A DNA stretch of 63,477 nucleotides, counting the filler, from Octopus bimaculoides (Eukaryota), in NCBI RefSeq assembly GCF_001194135.2. It is 4 parts of 4 records of this genome, joined end to end, with 100 filler letters (N's around TTAATTAATTAA, not from the genome) between each part and the next. Parts side by side here need not be neighbours in the genome. Positions count along the whole stretch, not along the records: positions 1 to 23,201 come from NC_068985.1; positions 23,302 to 51,149 come from NC_068990.1; 2 more parts are not named here. One strand, written 5' to 3'. Shown piece by piece: positions 10,330-23,729 of the stretch. How positions within the stretch are numbered: the first letter of the stretch is position 1; each line of letters opens with the position of its first letter. Below the pieces are notes generated by a model that had not been told where the DNA came from, made no database searches, and saw only the letters and a program-made list of their open reading frames with translations. The translations under genes were made by a program, and so were the position numbers.

Positions 10330-12714
10330 NNNNNNNNNNNNNNNNNNNNNNNNNNNNNNNNNNNNNNNNNNNNNNNNNNNNNNNNNNNNNNNNNNNNNNN
10401 NNNNNNNNNNNNNNNNNNNNNNNNNNNNNNNNNNNNNNNNNNNNNNNNNNNNNNNNNNNNNNNNNNNNNNNNNNNNNNNNNNNNNNNNNNNNNNNNNNNN
10501 NNNNNNNNNNNNNNNNNNNNNNNNNNNNNNNNNNNNNNNNNNNNNNNNNNNNNNNNNNNNNNNNNNNNNNNNNNNNNNNNNNNNNNNNNNNNNNNNNNNN
10601 NNNNNNNNNNNNNNNNNNNNNNNNNNNNNNNNNNNNNNNNNNNNNNNNNNNNNNNNNNNNNNNNNNNNNNNNNNNNNNNNNNNNNNNNNNNNNNNNNNNN
10701 NNNNNNNNNNNNNNNNNNNNNNNNNNNNNNNNNNNNNNNNNNNNNNNNNNNNNNNNNNNNNNNNNNNNNNNNNNNNNNNNNNNNNNNNNNNNNNNNNNNN
10801 NNNNNNNNNNNNNNNNNNNNNNNNNNNNNNNNNNNNNNNNNNNNNNNNNNNNNNNNNNNNNNNNNNNNNNNNNNNNNNNNNNNNNNNNNNNNNNNNNNNN
10901 NNNNNNNNNNNNNNNNNNNNNNNNNNNNNNNNNNNNNNNNNNNNNNNNNNNNNNNNNNNNNNNNNNNNNNNNNNNNNNNNNNNNNNNNNNNNNNNNNNNN
11001 NNNNNNNNNNNNNNNNNNNNNNNNNNNNNNNNNNNNNNNNNNNNNNNNNNNNNNNNNNNNNNNNNNNNNNNNNNNNNNNNNNNNNNNNNNNNNNNNNNNN
11101 NNNNNNNNNNNNNNNNNNNNNNNNNNNNNNNNNNNNNNNNNNNNNNNNNNNNNNNNNNNNNNNNNNNNNNNNNNNNNNNNNNNNNNNNNNTTAAATATTT
11201 ATTTACTTAACCGGTTTCACTTTTTTAGAAAAAGATTATCAAAAGTCTTTGAGAATAATAAAAAATGTTAAAAAACAGTTTGAGTATTAAAATGCATATA
11301 TACATTCTTTGATGATAAAATATATTTAAAGTATAAAGCTTTGTATGAACCTTGTAGTGTTACATACTGATTGTCACACATTCTCTGATATTAAGGTGAA
11401 ATTGTTAAAAACAGTGTATGAAAATACACATATGGAAAAATACATATACATATTCTTATACATATTCTTTGACAATCGAATAAAATTGAGGAGGAACTGA
11501 CCTGGCCTTTTTCTCTTGTGTATATTGAGGGAATGTTTTACTGTCTTAATAGACAGTATGACAGTAGATTAAGAACATTTATAGAATGAAGGATTCGATG
11601 TATTTGAACAAAGATAAACATATTTTCTAAAGGATAAACTCAGTTACTTAACCTTACACAATTTGATACGAGGGATGTCGAAGATGTTACTATTAGAACG
11701 CACGCACGCACACACGATATCAATGCGCGCGCGCGTTGATATAAGGCTATTTTCGTTAGAAATATAATAGACAGAATTTGAACAGTCACAATTAAAATAA
11801 TTATTGGTGTTTATTGTCATTTGAACTCAGAATGCTGGGATCTACAACGTGATACCAAGTAGTCTTTACTTGTAATGTCACCACTTTCACGATTAGGTTT
11901 TCGAGAACGTGTTATGATTAAACGCAAAATCATCACAATGGGATTAGGACATGCAAATATGTTAAACCTCTTCTTTGACTTTCTTAGATCTTCGTCTCTT
12001 ACATTGCGCTTAGGTTATATATGGGTGTCGAAATGAATGCGATAACAGATGATCACTTCACGTTTATTCCATTCACTGCTAAAATTTATTTACCAATCAA
12101 ATATAGGTTTCAATGCTTTTATTGATAAATCAGCTGTTACAGTGCTTGTTCACAAAGCATGTTAATAAAAGGGTTTGATGTTATATCGATTGAAGGCAAA
12201 GGAATAATCTAAATGTAAACATGATGAACGAGAAGTTGAAATCGGAACCTACATTATTAAGAAAAGTGTTGATTTAGTTCAAATCACCTTTACTGGTCTC
12301 TAACTTCTTGCATTCATAATCCTTCTTTCTTTTCTCTCTCATCCATTGTACTCTTCTGTCAATTTTCACCACGTCCATTTTTCTTATTCTATTTCTTCCT
12401 TATTCAATGGACAACCAAACAGAAGCAGAAACATATCTCAATAGAATCATAAAGTATGCATACATACACATACGTGATTACATGTATCCGCGCATATCTG
12501 TATAACTACATATGTTATTGCCTTGTAATATCTCCTCAATCAGAAAGCCCGGCCGCACAACTTTATATGCTAAGACATCATAAAATTGATAAATATTCTT
12601 CAATATGTGCAACTCTAAATACAATATGTGCAGCAATCGGAAGTTAATACCCTAACTTTTCTTCGTGGAACAGGATTTCAAATCATGTTACAATCTTATA
12701 GTGACATTACTATT

Positions 12715-12784
12715 TTCTTTTACTAAATATTACAAATATTCTTTTACTAAACATTACAAATATTCTTTTACTAAATATTACAAA
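12715..12784. repeat. 24-bp minisatellite, about 3 copies
   Basis: Unit ttcttttactaaatattacaaata. Confidence 0.85.
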
Positions 12785-13609
12785 CGGAATAATTGTTTAC
12801 AAGATATCGTGAACATTTTCGAAGGTGCCAAGCCCCAAACACTTGGTTTTAAATTAGTATATAATATCTTGTTTATAATATTGTTGTTAGCATTGCTATT
12901 TCATTCCGTGGTGCTGTTTTCCTTATTGCCCTTCATGGTTTCAGCACAGAGACTGCTTATATAACGCCTCTAATGTTGTTCATTTTTGTGGGCAACACAT
13001 TACGTTCTTGTCTCCATCGTTACTACGAACAGAAATCTTTTGTCTTAAGTCTCACAGCAAATAATGATGTTAAAATCATTTTTAAAAATTGCCATCCTTC
13101 AATTTTCTTTATTTTGTGAACATGAAGCGAGACGGTGATAAGATTTAAAATTTTCTTCAGCTCTTGAAAATATTTCTCGTACCTTCCACATGCATATACA
13201 GACTGAAGTTCCAACTCGTAGTAATTTTATGTTGTACAGGAAAGTGCACTTTTTAAAGAACCAGGGATCGATATAGAATGGTCTGATGCATAATATTTCT
13301 TCCCTTTTCGTATTTATTGGCCTTCTATGAATATAATGGATAAGACACATATACTTACTGCATCCACTTATTCCGGAATATTTTATGTTTAACTTTTTGT
13401 GTATTAGCACATGCCCACATTTTTTTATAGCAGTCCAAATTACCTTTCTAGACCTCATTACAAGTTACACAAATGGCAGTTTAATAAACAAGTTATGAAA
13501 TCTATGTCTACACTATTTTTCTAAAGTTTCCTGTAATATTATTTGTACACGCTAAACATGAAAATGAATTAATAACACTTTCTAATATACCTACAAGTCT
13601 TGGATTTTG

Positions 13610-13768
13610 GCAGGAGGGGGGCTAGTAGACTACATCGATGCCAGTGCTCCCGAAAAATGAAAGGCAAAGTCAACCTCGGTGGAATTTGAACTCACATCGT
13701 AGCGACAGGCGAAATACCACAAAGTATTTTGTTCCAGTGTGCTACCGATTCTGCCAGCTCGCCGTCTT
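13610..13768 (-). mobile_element. SINE-B
   Basis: Reverse complement of the SINE-B head and body, next to (GTT)n(AGA)n at 13775-13835. Confidence 0.8.
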
Positions 13769-13775
13769 TATTATT

Positions 13776-13811
<36 letters not shown>

Positions 13812-14192
13812 ATAAGAAGAAGAAGAAGAAGAAGAAATGTTTAGTAGTTGTTAGGAAATATGAAAAGGAAGCGGAAACTTGACATTTAGAGTTAGGATGG
13901 CTAAGTCGGTTTCTTACTTGGATATTTGAATAACGAGTTGGAATTTAATTAGCGAATAACAGAAGAAAATTAAGAATCAGACTTCTGGGAGTGCTACTTA
14001 GTATTAATTGAAATCATTGGAGCCTGAATGAAGAAGAATGAGAAGTGAGGATAAATGTTTGTATAAACAGAAATGACAGGTTAAGTTGTCTGGATTAAAC
14101 TGAAAGGTCATGTCAAAACACGCTTTCCTCTAAGACTTTTGGATATAAGTTTTCTAAGTAGAATAGGTATTTACACGTAATGGTTCTGTATA

Positions 14193-14279
14193 CAGTAATC
14201 CCTCGACTATCTCGGGCGTTACGTTCCAAAACACCGCGCGATAGGGGAAAATTCGTGAAATGGAAACACTACTGTACTG
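14193..14279. mobile_element. Short Tigger/pogo-like MITE remnant
   Basis: TA|CAGTAATCCCTCGACTAT… start and …TACTG|TA end. Confidence 0.55.
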
Positions 14280-14304
14280 TATATATATTTTTATTATTTT
14301 TATA

Positions 14305-14490
14305 CTTTGTATATCTCGTTTCAGTCATTTGACTGTGGTCACGCTGGAGCACCGCCTTTAGTCGAGCAAATCTACCCCAGGACTTATTCTTTGTGAGCCT
14401 AGTACTTATTCTATCGGTCTCTTTTGCCGAACCGCTAAATTATGGGGACTTAAACATACCAGCATCGGTTGTCCAGCGATATTGGAGGGA
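14305..14490 (-). mobile_element. SINE-C 3' module
   Basis: gtttcagtcatttgactgtggtcacgctggagcaccgcc…ggacaaacac followed by (CA)n. Confidence 0.9.
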
Positions 14491-14497
14491 CAAACAC

Positions 14498-14554
<57 letters not shown>

Positions 14555-14654
14555 NNNNNNNNNNATGTTGTTGGTAAGCAAGCTATTTATCACACAGCCA
14601 CTCCTACGCCTATGTTTATTTTATTATAAATGTAAAATACGTGCGTTAATATAT

Positions 14655-14701
<47 letters not shown>

Positions 14702-15949
14702 CACACACACATATGCATAAGTATGTAAGTTTTATTTCAAGATTTCTTCCCAATAAAGAGCCGTTTCTACCCTAGATCCAAGGGTCATTCGCTGGAATTT
14801 CAACCTCAATAGGGCACTTTTCTATGTATGTATATATGCAAGTATGTATATGTGCAGGCTTCTATGTTTTGCTTTATGTATATATTCTGTTGCATATCTA
14901 GACATGCTCATATATATTTAAATGATAAACTACTGGAAAGATTTACAGATTTTTTACAGTTCCAGTCTTCGAATTAGCTTTCTCCTTTCTGATCTTGGGA
15001 AACCTAATTGTACGTATGCATGTATGTATGGTGTATGGTCGCCCCCAGACACGTACAAGTTGAAACGTTTCAATGTATTCGCATGTAAAGACATTTCATA
15101 GCTTTGAGTGAAATTGAAGAAAAACGGGTGTGAGACAAAGGTGTCGATGTGGGTTGAAAACTCAGAAGGAATTAAAATAAAAACAAAGTTAAAAGGCAAA
15201 AGATAAGGAAATAATTCGTCTATGGTAAATTAGAAATAATGGCTTCGCAAAGCAAAATACTTTGTGACTCTTGAAGTAGAAACACGTGAATAGGAAGATA
15301 TTCCCTGAGGAGAACATTCAAATATCTATAAAAAGTGTAATTTTTGTTTTTTTAATTTTACTCAAGTGCGAAATATTGTAAATGGTATGGGGCGGAAATT
15401 ATGGGCTTCGGTCAAATTGATGGAGAAATTACCGAAATGAAACAACGGAAATAGAATTGGCTTTCGGGGTTGGTGTTAAATAAATGTCAAAATGTTTCCG
15501 TTGAAGTCAACTTTACCTCTTATCCTTTCGGAGTTAATAAAATTAAAGTGTTTGTCATGTGGTGAAGAAGATGGCATTGATCAACCCCCTCCCCTCAAAA
15601 TGTCTAGTTTTGTGCACGAATTAGCAACCGACATTTCATTTTGCATCATAATAGATGTGTACGACGCATTTTAGCGGGTGGTGGGGTACCGTTGAAAATA
15701 TTACTTTCATTTGGAATCTTTAGTTATATTCAAAAAGCCGTAAAACTAGTTAAGAAACTTCATTTTCATTATCTTTGTCAAGACAGGTGATATTACAGTA
15801 ATTACATCATTAACTTATTAAAACTGAATCACTTCTACAATAGATTGTAAATAATACCGATTATTTATTATTTATTTATTTTTAGTTCATCTTTGTTCCC
15901 CATTGTAGATACGTTGATTACTTGTTCTGCGTTTCTGCCTCTCCAAATT

Positions 15950-16170
15950 TTCATAGTGTTTTTATGTGCGACAGAATTCTCATGCTTGCTAAAAGACTTT
16001 GTTTTTTGACAGCATTTTTTGGCAGTATTCTGGAATGTACAAAAATGACAACAGTAAAAAAGAAAGCAGCCTTAGACTAAACTGAGAATTTTAACCAAGG
16101 TCTGGCATTGAACCACGAACCACAGAAGTCTCGGTTCTTTTACTATATCGTTTACGATATCTTTCGTTGA
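15950..16170 (-). pseudogene. hAT transposase N-terminal (TTF-type zinc finger) relic
   Basis: KNRDFCGSWFNARPWLKFSV*SKAAF… and FSKHENSVAHK resemble the TTF-type WF…PWLEYS…AFC…KHE.S..H motif. Confidence 0.55.
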
Positions 16171-17356
16171 CATGACACAATATCTAATCCAGTTAAGTCA
16201 AGTTTGGGAAACACATCAAGTTCTGCAAACTGCATAATATCAGCTGCTAAAGAAGTTAAAGAATGGGGTAATGTTGCATATCCAATTAAACGTGGTTGAT
16301 TTGAAATAGAACTCTACTCGGTCTCGTCATTTTCGCAAGCTTTGAAAGTTTAAGAATTTCCGACCGAAAGCATTGCCAAGACTGATCGTCGTCGTTTTAT
16401 TGCTTTTTAATTTCAATAAAATGCAATTATCATTGCTTTCTAATTTGAATAAAATACAATTATTTTAGATCATGCACTCTAAAAATTGCTTTCAAGAAAA
16501 GCAAACTATCAAGAGTTATCATTTTGAAAACTAGAGTGTTCAGGAATTTTCCCTATGACTAGCCGAAATGTCTTGTTGCGACTGTATATTTTTAAGCTGT
16601 ACGATTCTGATCGGGGAGATAATGTAATTAATTCAAGTTGTGGCGGTAAAATACCATAATGGAAAATCTGAAGAACTTCTTCGCTTTTTCGGCGACAGAT
16701 GAAGAAAGGAAGTCAAATTCTCACTACTAACGGAACGGGTTTCTAAGTGAAAGTAATCAATTTCTTACTCTCTCTCTTTTATATATACATATGTGTGTGT
16801 GTGTGTGTGTGTGCGTGTGCGCGCGTGTGTGTGTGTGTGCGCGCGTGCGCGCGTATATGTGTTTGTGTGTGTGTACAAATACATATACACAGTTGTGTTT
16901 GACAGTGCAGAATGTTGTTCTTGTTTCTGGAGTAGTTAAGTAACATCCGGTTTCTTTTCTCTGGTGAGTTTGAGTATTTTTTCATGGAATGTTAACATGA
17001 TCAGTATATGGTCTGAATGGCGCCAGTATGAACGGCAAACGCTTATTCATATGTCCGTATGTGTCTTTAAATTTTTGCAAAAGATGTTTGATGTAATCAT
17101 ATTCTTTGAAGGAAGAAATTCTATAAACTATTAACCATTTAAAAAACAATGCTTTGGTAGTCAGAATGACTCGAAGTTTTTGTGAGTAAGAGTTTTACTT
17201 ACACGAATTACCAAAACTGTGTGTTGGAAAAGAGATCAGTGAAAACACACACACTACGAAATGTTCATTGAAAAATCTTCGTGTCATTCTGTTTTCTTTT
17301 CTAAAATAGTTGATAACTTCTAACAAACTTTGTCTTAAAATATATGCGAGTATATA

Positions 17357-17550
17357 GAGGGTGCTTAAAAGTTCCTGGTTTTAAGGACAATGTGAAAGGT
17401 TTTCCGAAATCTTTTGCAGGGCTGAGAAAAACTGAAGGGCTTCTGCAATAAGTGTGTGAATCTGAGAGAGAAATATGTTGAATAAAATCGTAATTAACCA
17501 ATCCTCCTGTATATCTTTACCCAAATCCAGGATATCTTCAGCACCCCCTC
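17357..17550 (+). mobile_element. Non-autonomous mariner with transposase C-terminal remnant
   Basis: TIRs gagggtgcttaaaagttcctgg / ccaggatatcttcagcaccccctc; encodes …CNKCVNLREKYVE*. Confidence 0.75.
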
Positions 17551-17554
17551 ACAT

Positions 17555-17805
17555 ACACACACCGTCATCAGTCTCTAACTCCTTACAAACTTTGTAGACG
17601 AAAGATCTGGCAACTTTTAAAAATCGAGATATTTCTAGATCGCTATCCTCAACCTTTATAACCACAATACCAGCATGCTTCTTCATTTCTTGAGTATGTT
17701 GAGGATCTGCCATTATTGTTTTCTGAAACAAAGATTATACGGAGTTAGCAAAAAATGCAGCAATGACCCAAAAGAGGTATGTTCTCAAATACCTTACGCA
17801 TCCTG
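17555..17805 (-). mobile_element. Tc1/mariner 5' fragment with transposase N-terminus
   Basis: TA|CAGGATGCG… end; MADPQHTQEMKKHAGIVVIKVEDSDLEISRFLKVARSFVYKVCKEL is an HTH-like paired-domain start. Confidence 0.65.
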
Positions 17806-17815
17806 TATGTATGTA

Positions 17816-17889
<74 letters not shown>

Positions 17890-18554
17890 AATGTATGTGT
17901 ATCTGTTTGTTCACTGTAGATCAATCTATTAACTCTAGAAATAATTTTATAATAACCAGTTTTTCACTCCAAATTATAAAGGCATTATTTATTTTGCATT
18001 TCGTCCAGTAATTCATTAGTAAATTGATAATTGCTGAAATATTGCTAATAGCGTACATTATAGAATGTAAATAAACATTATTACAAGAAAGTATTAAATC
18101 TTTCTCTCTTAAATTACAGAATTTATAATTTCCTTTAAGACAAAGCTAAACAAAGTGATAAGATTCGCGCAATTTATTCATACTTTTATTTTACGTTTTA
18201 ATTAAGTTTACGCAAATATTTATGTATCGGTTTTAAAATCTGCACCTTTATGATTTCTCATGAATATATCTTTTGCCCAGTAATAATCGGCGTCCATTTT
18301 ATATGTGTAAAAAATTAAAAGCTGAACAATACCGTAAATTTTTAGGTTTCCCATCACCATCTTATATGAAAGGAAACTCATGATTTTTCTGATAAAATCT
18401 AAATACCCAATTCGAAATAACACCAGACTCCCAGATTACGTTGCTGTCTGTTTCTATATTCTACCTAACCTCGAAGATTATCTACTCGCTATGATCTGAT
18501 GTTGCAACTCCTACAAGATTTAGTGCTCGATAAGCTCTACGATGCTATCACCAA

Positions 18555-18675
18555 GAGATCGATAGAATAAGTACTAGGCTTACAAAGAATAAGTCCTGGG
18601 GTCGATTCCTTCGACTAAAGGCGGTGCTCCAGCGTGGCCACAGTCAAATGACTGATACAAGAGTAAAAGAGTAAG
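18555..18675 (+). mobile_element. SINE-C 3' module end
   Basis: gatagaataagtactaggcttacaaagaataagtcctggggtcg…agtaaaagag. Confidence 0.85.
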
Positions 18676-18682
18676 AGTAATA

Positions 18683-18751
<69 letters not shown>

Positions 18752-19373
18752 NNNNNNNNNNNNNNNNNNNNNNNNNNNNNNNNNNNNNNNNNNNNNNNNN
18801 NNNNNNNNNNNNNNNNNNNNNNNNNNNNNNNNNNNNNNNNNNNNNNNNNNNNNNNNNNNNNNNNNNNNNNNNNNNNNNNNNNNNNNNNNNNNNNNNNNNN
18901 NNNNNNNNNNNNNNNNATATATATATATATATACACTTTCATGAGTTGACATACACTAACATACATGGAGACACATACATTTACCCAAATATACGCATAC
19001 GTACATATACATAAACACACATGCATACAATATTAATATAAATATTTATATAGAGAAAAGTGGGGGAAGGAGACAGAGATGGGGAGCGAAGGAGAGTAGG
19101 AGATTTGAAGGAATAACGTAATAAAGACATTATATTTAGAAAATTGAATTTAGTATTAATTCAAGACTAATTTTTTTTAAATCGAACCTTTATGTAGATA
19201 TTACAAAATTAATAAAGAATATTGTAGAAGAGCCTAAAACGTAGTATAAGTGCATAGATGTATATACATATATGCACGCCAACATATATGTGTGTATGTG
19301 TGTATATATACATATATCCATATACCTATACACACACACACATATATAACACTCATGCATGTTACATATACAT

Positions 19374-19657
19374 GTAGGAGTGGCTGTGTGGTAAGTAGCT
19401 ACCTTACCAACCACATGGTCCCGGGTTCAGTCCCACTGCGCGGCATCTTGGGTAAGTGTTTTCTACTATAGCCTCGGGCCGACCAAAGCCTTGTGAGTGG
19501 ATTTGGTAGACGGAAACTGAAAGAAGCCCGTCGTATATATGTATATATATATGTATGTGTGTGTGTATGTTTGTATGTGTGTGTTTGTCCCCCCAACATC
19601 GCTTGACAACCGATGCTGGTGTATTTATGTCCCCGTAACTTAGCGGTTCGGCAAAAG
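19374..19657 (+). mobile_element. SINE-C composite (head, microsatellite, 3' module) running into a gap
   Basis: A and B boxes; CpG-intact copy. Confidence 0.9.
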
Positions 19658-20975
19658 NNNNNNNNNNNNNNNNNNNNNNNNNNNNNNNNNNNNNNNNNNN
19701 NNNNNNNNNNNNNNNNNNNNNNNNNNNNNNNNNNNNNNNNNNNNNNNNNNNNNNNNNNNNNNNNNNNNNNNNNNNNNNNNNNNNNNNNNNNNNNNNNNNN
19801 NNNNNNNNNNNNNNNNNNNNNNNNNNNNNNNNNNNNNNNNNNNNNNNNNNNNNNNNNNNNNNNNNNNNNNNNNNNNNNNNNNNNNNNNNNNNNNNNNNNN
19901 NNNNNNNNNNNNNNNNNNNNNNNNNNNNNNNNNNNNNNNNNNNNNNNNNTATATATAAAGGGAGTTTATATCGTATTTTTCCTATTGAATGATATAATAG
20001 ATTTGTAATTCTTATTTTCATAATTACATTCGGTTCCAGCAATATAATTTTTGTTAGCAAATCTTACCTATTATAATTAAATGTTTTATTATTAATTTTA
20101 TTATCATCATTATCATTACTACTGTTATCATTAAGATGATTATCATAATCAAAATTATTATTATTATTATTATTATTATTAACATCATCTATTGCTATAT
20201 TTCATTTGCTACAATCATTATGTTGAAAATAATATTTATTATAATCATGATCGGTTTTCTTCAGTCTGATTAATACAGTTATTAGTATTTTCATATTTAT
20301 ATTTAGAGATATTAAATTTATTAATACTTCATTGGTTTTTACGCAGTTTAAGGATTTGAGAGTTTGTATTCTCTTTATTTTTAGACTTAAAGTTTTTATG
20401 ATATTCCGTGTTATATCAGCTTCAACTTACTAAATGGTTTACTATTCTTTAAATTATGTTTTTTATTAGTATTCATTAAATACCGGATTTCATTCTTATA
20501 CCCAGTATTAGAAAGATCTAAACTGTAATAGAATACAGAAGGAGAAAATATTTCTTAATTGGCAAAAATTTTCGAGAAATAATTGAATCTATTATTCCAT
20601 GCACATTACTGGAATTGGGCTTTATATATCGCGAATTTTCATTAATTTTGTGATACAGTTTATGTAAACCAGTATTCAGATTGAATAAAACATCTAGAAA
20701 TTTTGTAATTAGATCCCACAGTAATTAAACGCCAGAATGTTTTAAAAAGATAGATCTTTCCTTGCTCCTTTCCATATGGACATTTCTTTATAGATATATA
20801 CAAAATAAGATATCGCAACAATAAATTGATATGATATATAAAATACATTAAAATGTAGGTGGCTAACGCAGTTAAAAGCCAAAAATGTAGAATACACAAA
20901 TAAGGGGGTAAATAGAACCTCCAGTTGCTAGAAATTAGAGCTAAAAATATAACTCCAATAGCAACACAAACTCAC

Positions 20976-21022
20976 CAACCACACGAGATGTTCAAGAGAC
21001 TGCGAGCGGCCAGCCACAACAT
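20976..21022 (-). CDS. Candidate first coding exon MLWLAARSLLNISCG
   Basis: ATG in a locally CpG-rich patch followed by a strong TG|GTGAGT donor; no downstream exon identified. Confidence 0.3.
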
Positions 21023-21634
21023 CTTTCTCCTGCGAATTAAAACTCACTGTATTAAGTAATCTGATAAGACCCTATTATATGATTTTGAAATTTCGTTTCT
21101 CCTCAGGAGAATCAACAATTTATTCCGGATTAATATAGATTATGGGGCTTCTATCTACTATAAAGGTTTTCACCATGGATTTTTTACGTTACTCTTTTTC
21201 AAATTTTTAGTCCAAGTTTGTTCCAATACACATCTATACCAGTAACTCTTAAAACATCTTTATTATTCGATTGACTACACGGAAATTCATCCTTTTCTCT
21301 GAAGAGTGGATATATTACCTAATAATGATTATCAATTTTGGATTTCATTTCGAAAGGTAATACATTAAGGAAACGATCGTAAGATATCTAAAAACCTTTA
21401 AAAATAATCATACTTTATATATTTATCTATTAATACAATATTATTTCTGGATGTATATCTTATGTGATTTTTTGATGTAATTTTTCCTCTTTTAACTTCT
21501 AATATATAATCGCTCTGATTGAATCACTAAATACCTTTAAGGCTTTAAACATTTCTCATACTAAAAGCGTTTATCTGAAATCCAGTACACTTTATTGATT
21601 AATATATATTTGATTTATATATATGCACACACAG

Positions 21635-22020
21635 TGGAGGCGCAATGGCCCAGTGGTTAGGGCAGCGGACTTGTGGTCATAGGATCGCGGCTTCGATTCC
21701 CAGACCGGGCGTTGTGAGTGTTTATTGAGCGAAAACACCTAAAGCTCCACGAGGCTCCGGCAGCGGATGGTGGCGAACCCTGCTAAACTCTTTCACCACA
21801 ACTTTCTCTCACTCTTACTTCTTGTTTCTGTTGTGCCTGTAATTCAAAGGGCTAGCCTTGTCACATTGTGTCACGCTGAATATTCCCAAGAACTACGTTA
21901 AGGGTATACGTGTCTGTGGAGTGCTCAGCCACTTGCATGTTAATTTCACGAGCAGGCTGTTCCGTTGATCGGATCAGCTGGAACCCTCGACGTCGTAAGC
22001 GACGGAGTGCCAACAACAAC
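21635..22020 (+). mobile_element. SINE-E, full-length tRNA-derived SINE with 14-bp TSD
   Basis: A box tggcccagtggt, B box ggcttcgattccc, (AAC)n tail; TSD atatgcacacacag at 21621-21634 and 22021-22034. Confidence 0.9.
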
Positions 22021-22399
22021 ATATGCACACACAGCACAATTTTTAGGCTGTTTGTTCACCTGAAGTAATATATTTCTCTTATAACTATTTAAGAAACTTT
22101 TATATAATGATAAATATATTAATTAAATATATAATCCCTATACCTGAGTAGTATTTAGCATAATTTAATTATATATAATCTTCATATAATTGATATAAGT
22201 AAAATTTAACAGTATTGTTATTGTTGTTGTTATTATAGTAGCTATCGTTATCAGTTTTTTTAACAAAATAATGGCGTGCTAACAAAATAACAATTGATAA
22301 TTTGTCCAAATATTTCCTCCATCTTTATCTTCTCAACATTTCCATTGGTACTACCTCTGTATAATTAATACCAGCTACCTACTGGGGTTATGGTAATTC

Positions 22400-22590
22400 A
22401 TTAGTCTGGGCTAAATGATTAGCGGTATTTCGTCTACCGCTGCGTTCCGAGTTCGAATTCCGCCGAGGTCGGCTTTGCCTTTCATCCTCTCGGGGTCGAT
22501 GAATTAAGCACCAGTTGCGTACTGAGGTCGATCTAATTGACTGCGCCCCTCCCCACAAATGTCAGGCCTTGTGCCTTTAGCAGAAAGGAT
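22400..22590 (+). mobile_element. SINE-B (5'-truncated)
   Basis: gagttcgaattccgccgaggtcggctttgcctttcatcc. Confidence 0.8.
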
Positions 22591-23112
22591 GGTTATCATT
22601 GTATATTAAATTTGATATGATATATCTTTTTAAATAATACTGCTTTAAGCACATTATACACTTCTATACAAATTTCCATTATTACTTGAGATCCTAGAAA
22701 CAGATACGAAAACATTCTTACGTATATAAATAAACATTTACGTATTTGTCCGTATCTATGCGTAAGAGACAATACACGTATGCGTGCGTGTATATGTAAG
22801 TGTACCTGTATACGGAGACACTGAAAATGCTGTTCGTTTATAAATGGATTGTGTGTGAAAAAATATTCGTCTTGCTTTTTAGTGTTTTTTAAATATGCTT
22901 CTCAACGTTCATCGAAGTAGCAATTGTATCTATACCTAAAAGTTTTGTCTGTCTAAGTTTATGATGAAGTATATATGTTATATTTACATATGAATATGGA
23001 TACATCTATGTGTTTGCTCATATATAACTAAATATGTAAATATGTGTGTCTATGTCACTATGTGTGCATATAAAAATATATATATGTGTATATCAATGTG
23101 TGTGTATATATA

Positions 23113-23144
<32 letters not shown>

Positions 23145-23155
23145 TTGATATACGC

Positions 23156-23201
<46 letters not shown>

Positions 23202-23245
23202 NNNNNNNNNNNNNNNNNNNNNNNNNNNNNNNNNNNNNNNNNNNN

Positions 23246-23258
23246 TTAATTAATTAAN
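23246..23258. other. Assembly gap spacer TTAATTAATTAA (also at about 51194-51205 and 59041-59052)
   Basis: The same 12-mer appears between N runs three times and gives stops in all six frames. Confidence 0.85.
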
Positions 23259-23301
23259 NNNNNNNNNNNNNNNNNNNNNNNNNNNNNNNNNNNNNNNNNN
23301 N

Positions 23302-23346
<45 letters not shown>

Positions 23347-23697
23347 ATATACACACACACACACACACATATATATACATATATATCCACACACATATCC
23401 TCCTCCTTAATATGTAATGCTATGTGTATATTTCACATCTATACCTACCCATCAATGTGTGTGTGTGTGTACAGCTGTGTATCCCTGAACCATTGCATTC
23501 AGTGTGTGCAACTGTGTCTGTGTGTTCACTGTCATTGTCAAAGAATTGCAGTTAAATGTGCAGGGAAATATTACTGTGTCTGTGTGTCTGTAATACCTGC
23601 GCAACTAACTGCACTCACTCTTCTTGTTCTCTTTATTTGCTGGACCAGCTGTTAACTTGACAGCTGTTTTACTGTAGATGGAATGTATGTATATATA

Positions 23698-23729
<32 letters not shown>

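Noticed and set aside
10280-11194. Long ORFs spanning N runs (also near 23.7, 25.5, 36.2, 37.8, 39.5, 42.4, 57.5 and 61.3 kb)
   Set aside because: Open only because N codons translate as X
11717-11742. Short palindrome atatcaatgcgcgcgcgcgttgatat
   Set aside because: Mostly a (CG)n microsatellite; isolated
13023-13458. Overlapping minus-strand ORFs of 63 and 119 aa
   Set aside because: No recognisable family; the obvious GT-AG pair would need a 34-nt intron
18220-18460. Natural-looking minus-strand peptides
   Set aside because: Broken by stops and frameshifts, with no family assignable
20660-21050. NUMT (TGA read as Trp in a hydrophobic frame)
   Set aside because: No recognisable mitochondrial protein motif; the TGA overlaps a splice-donor consensus
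21635-21720. tRNA-like sequence
   Set aside because: It is a SINE head: it continues into a repeat body, tail and TSD, with no complete cloverleaf
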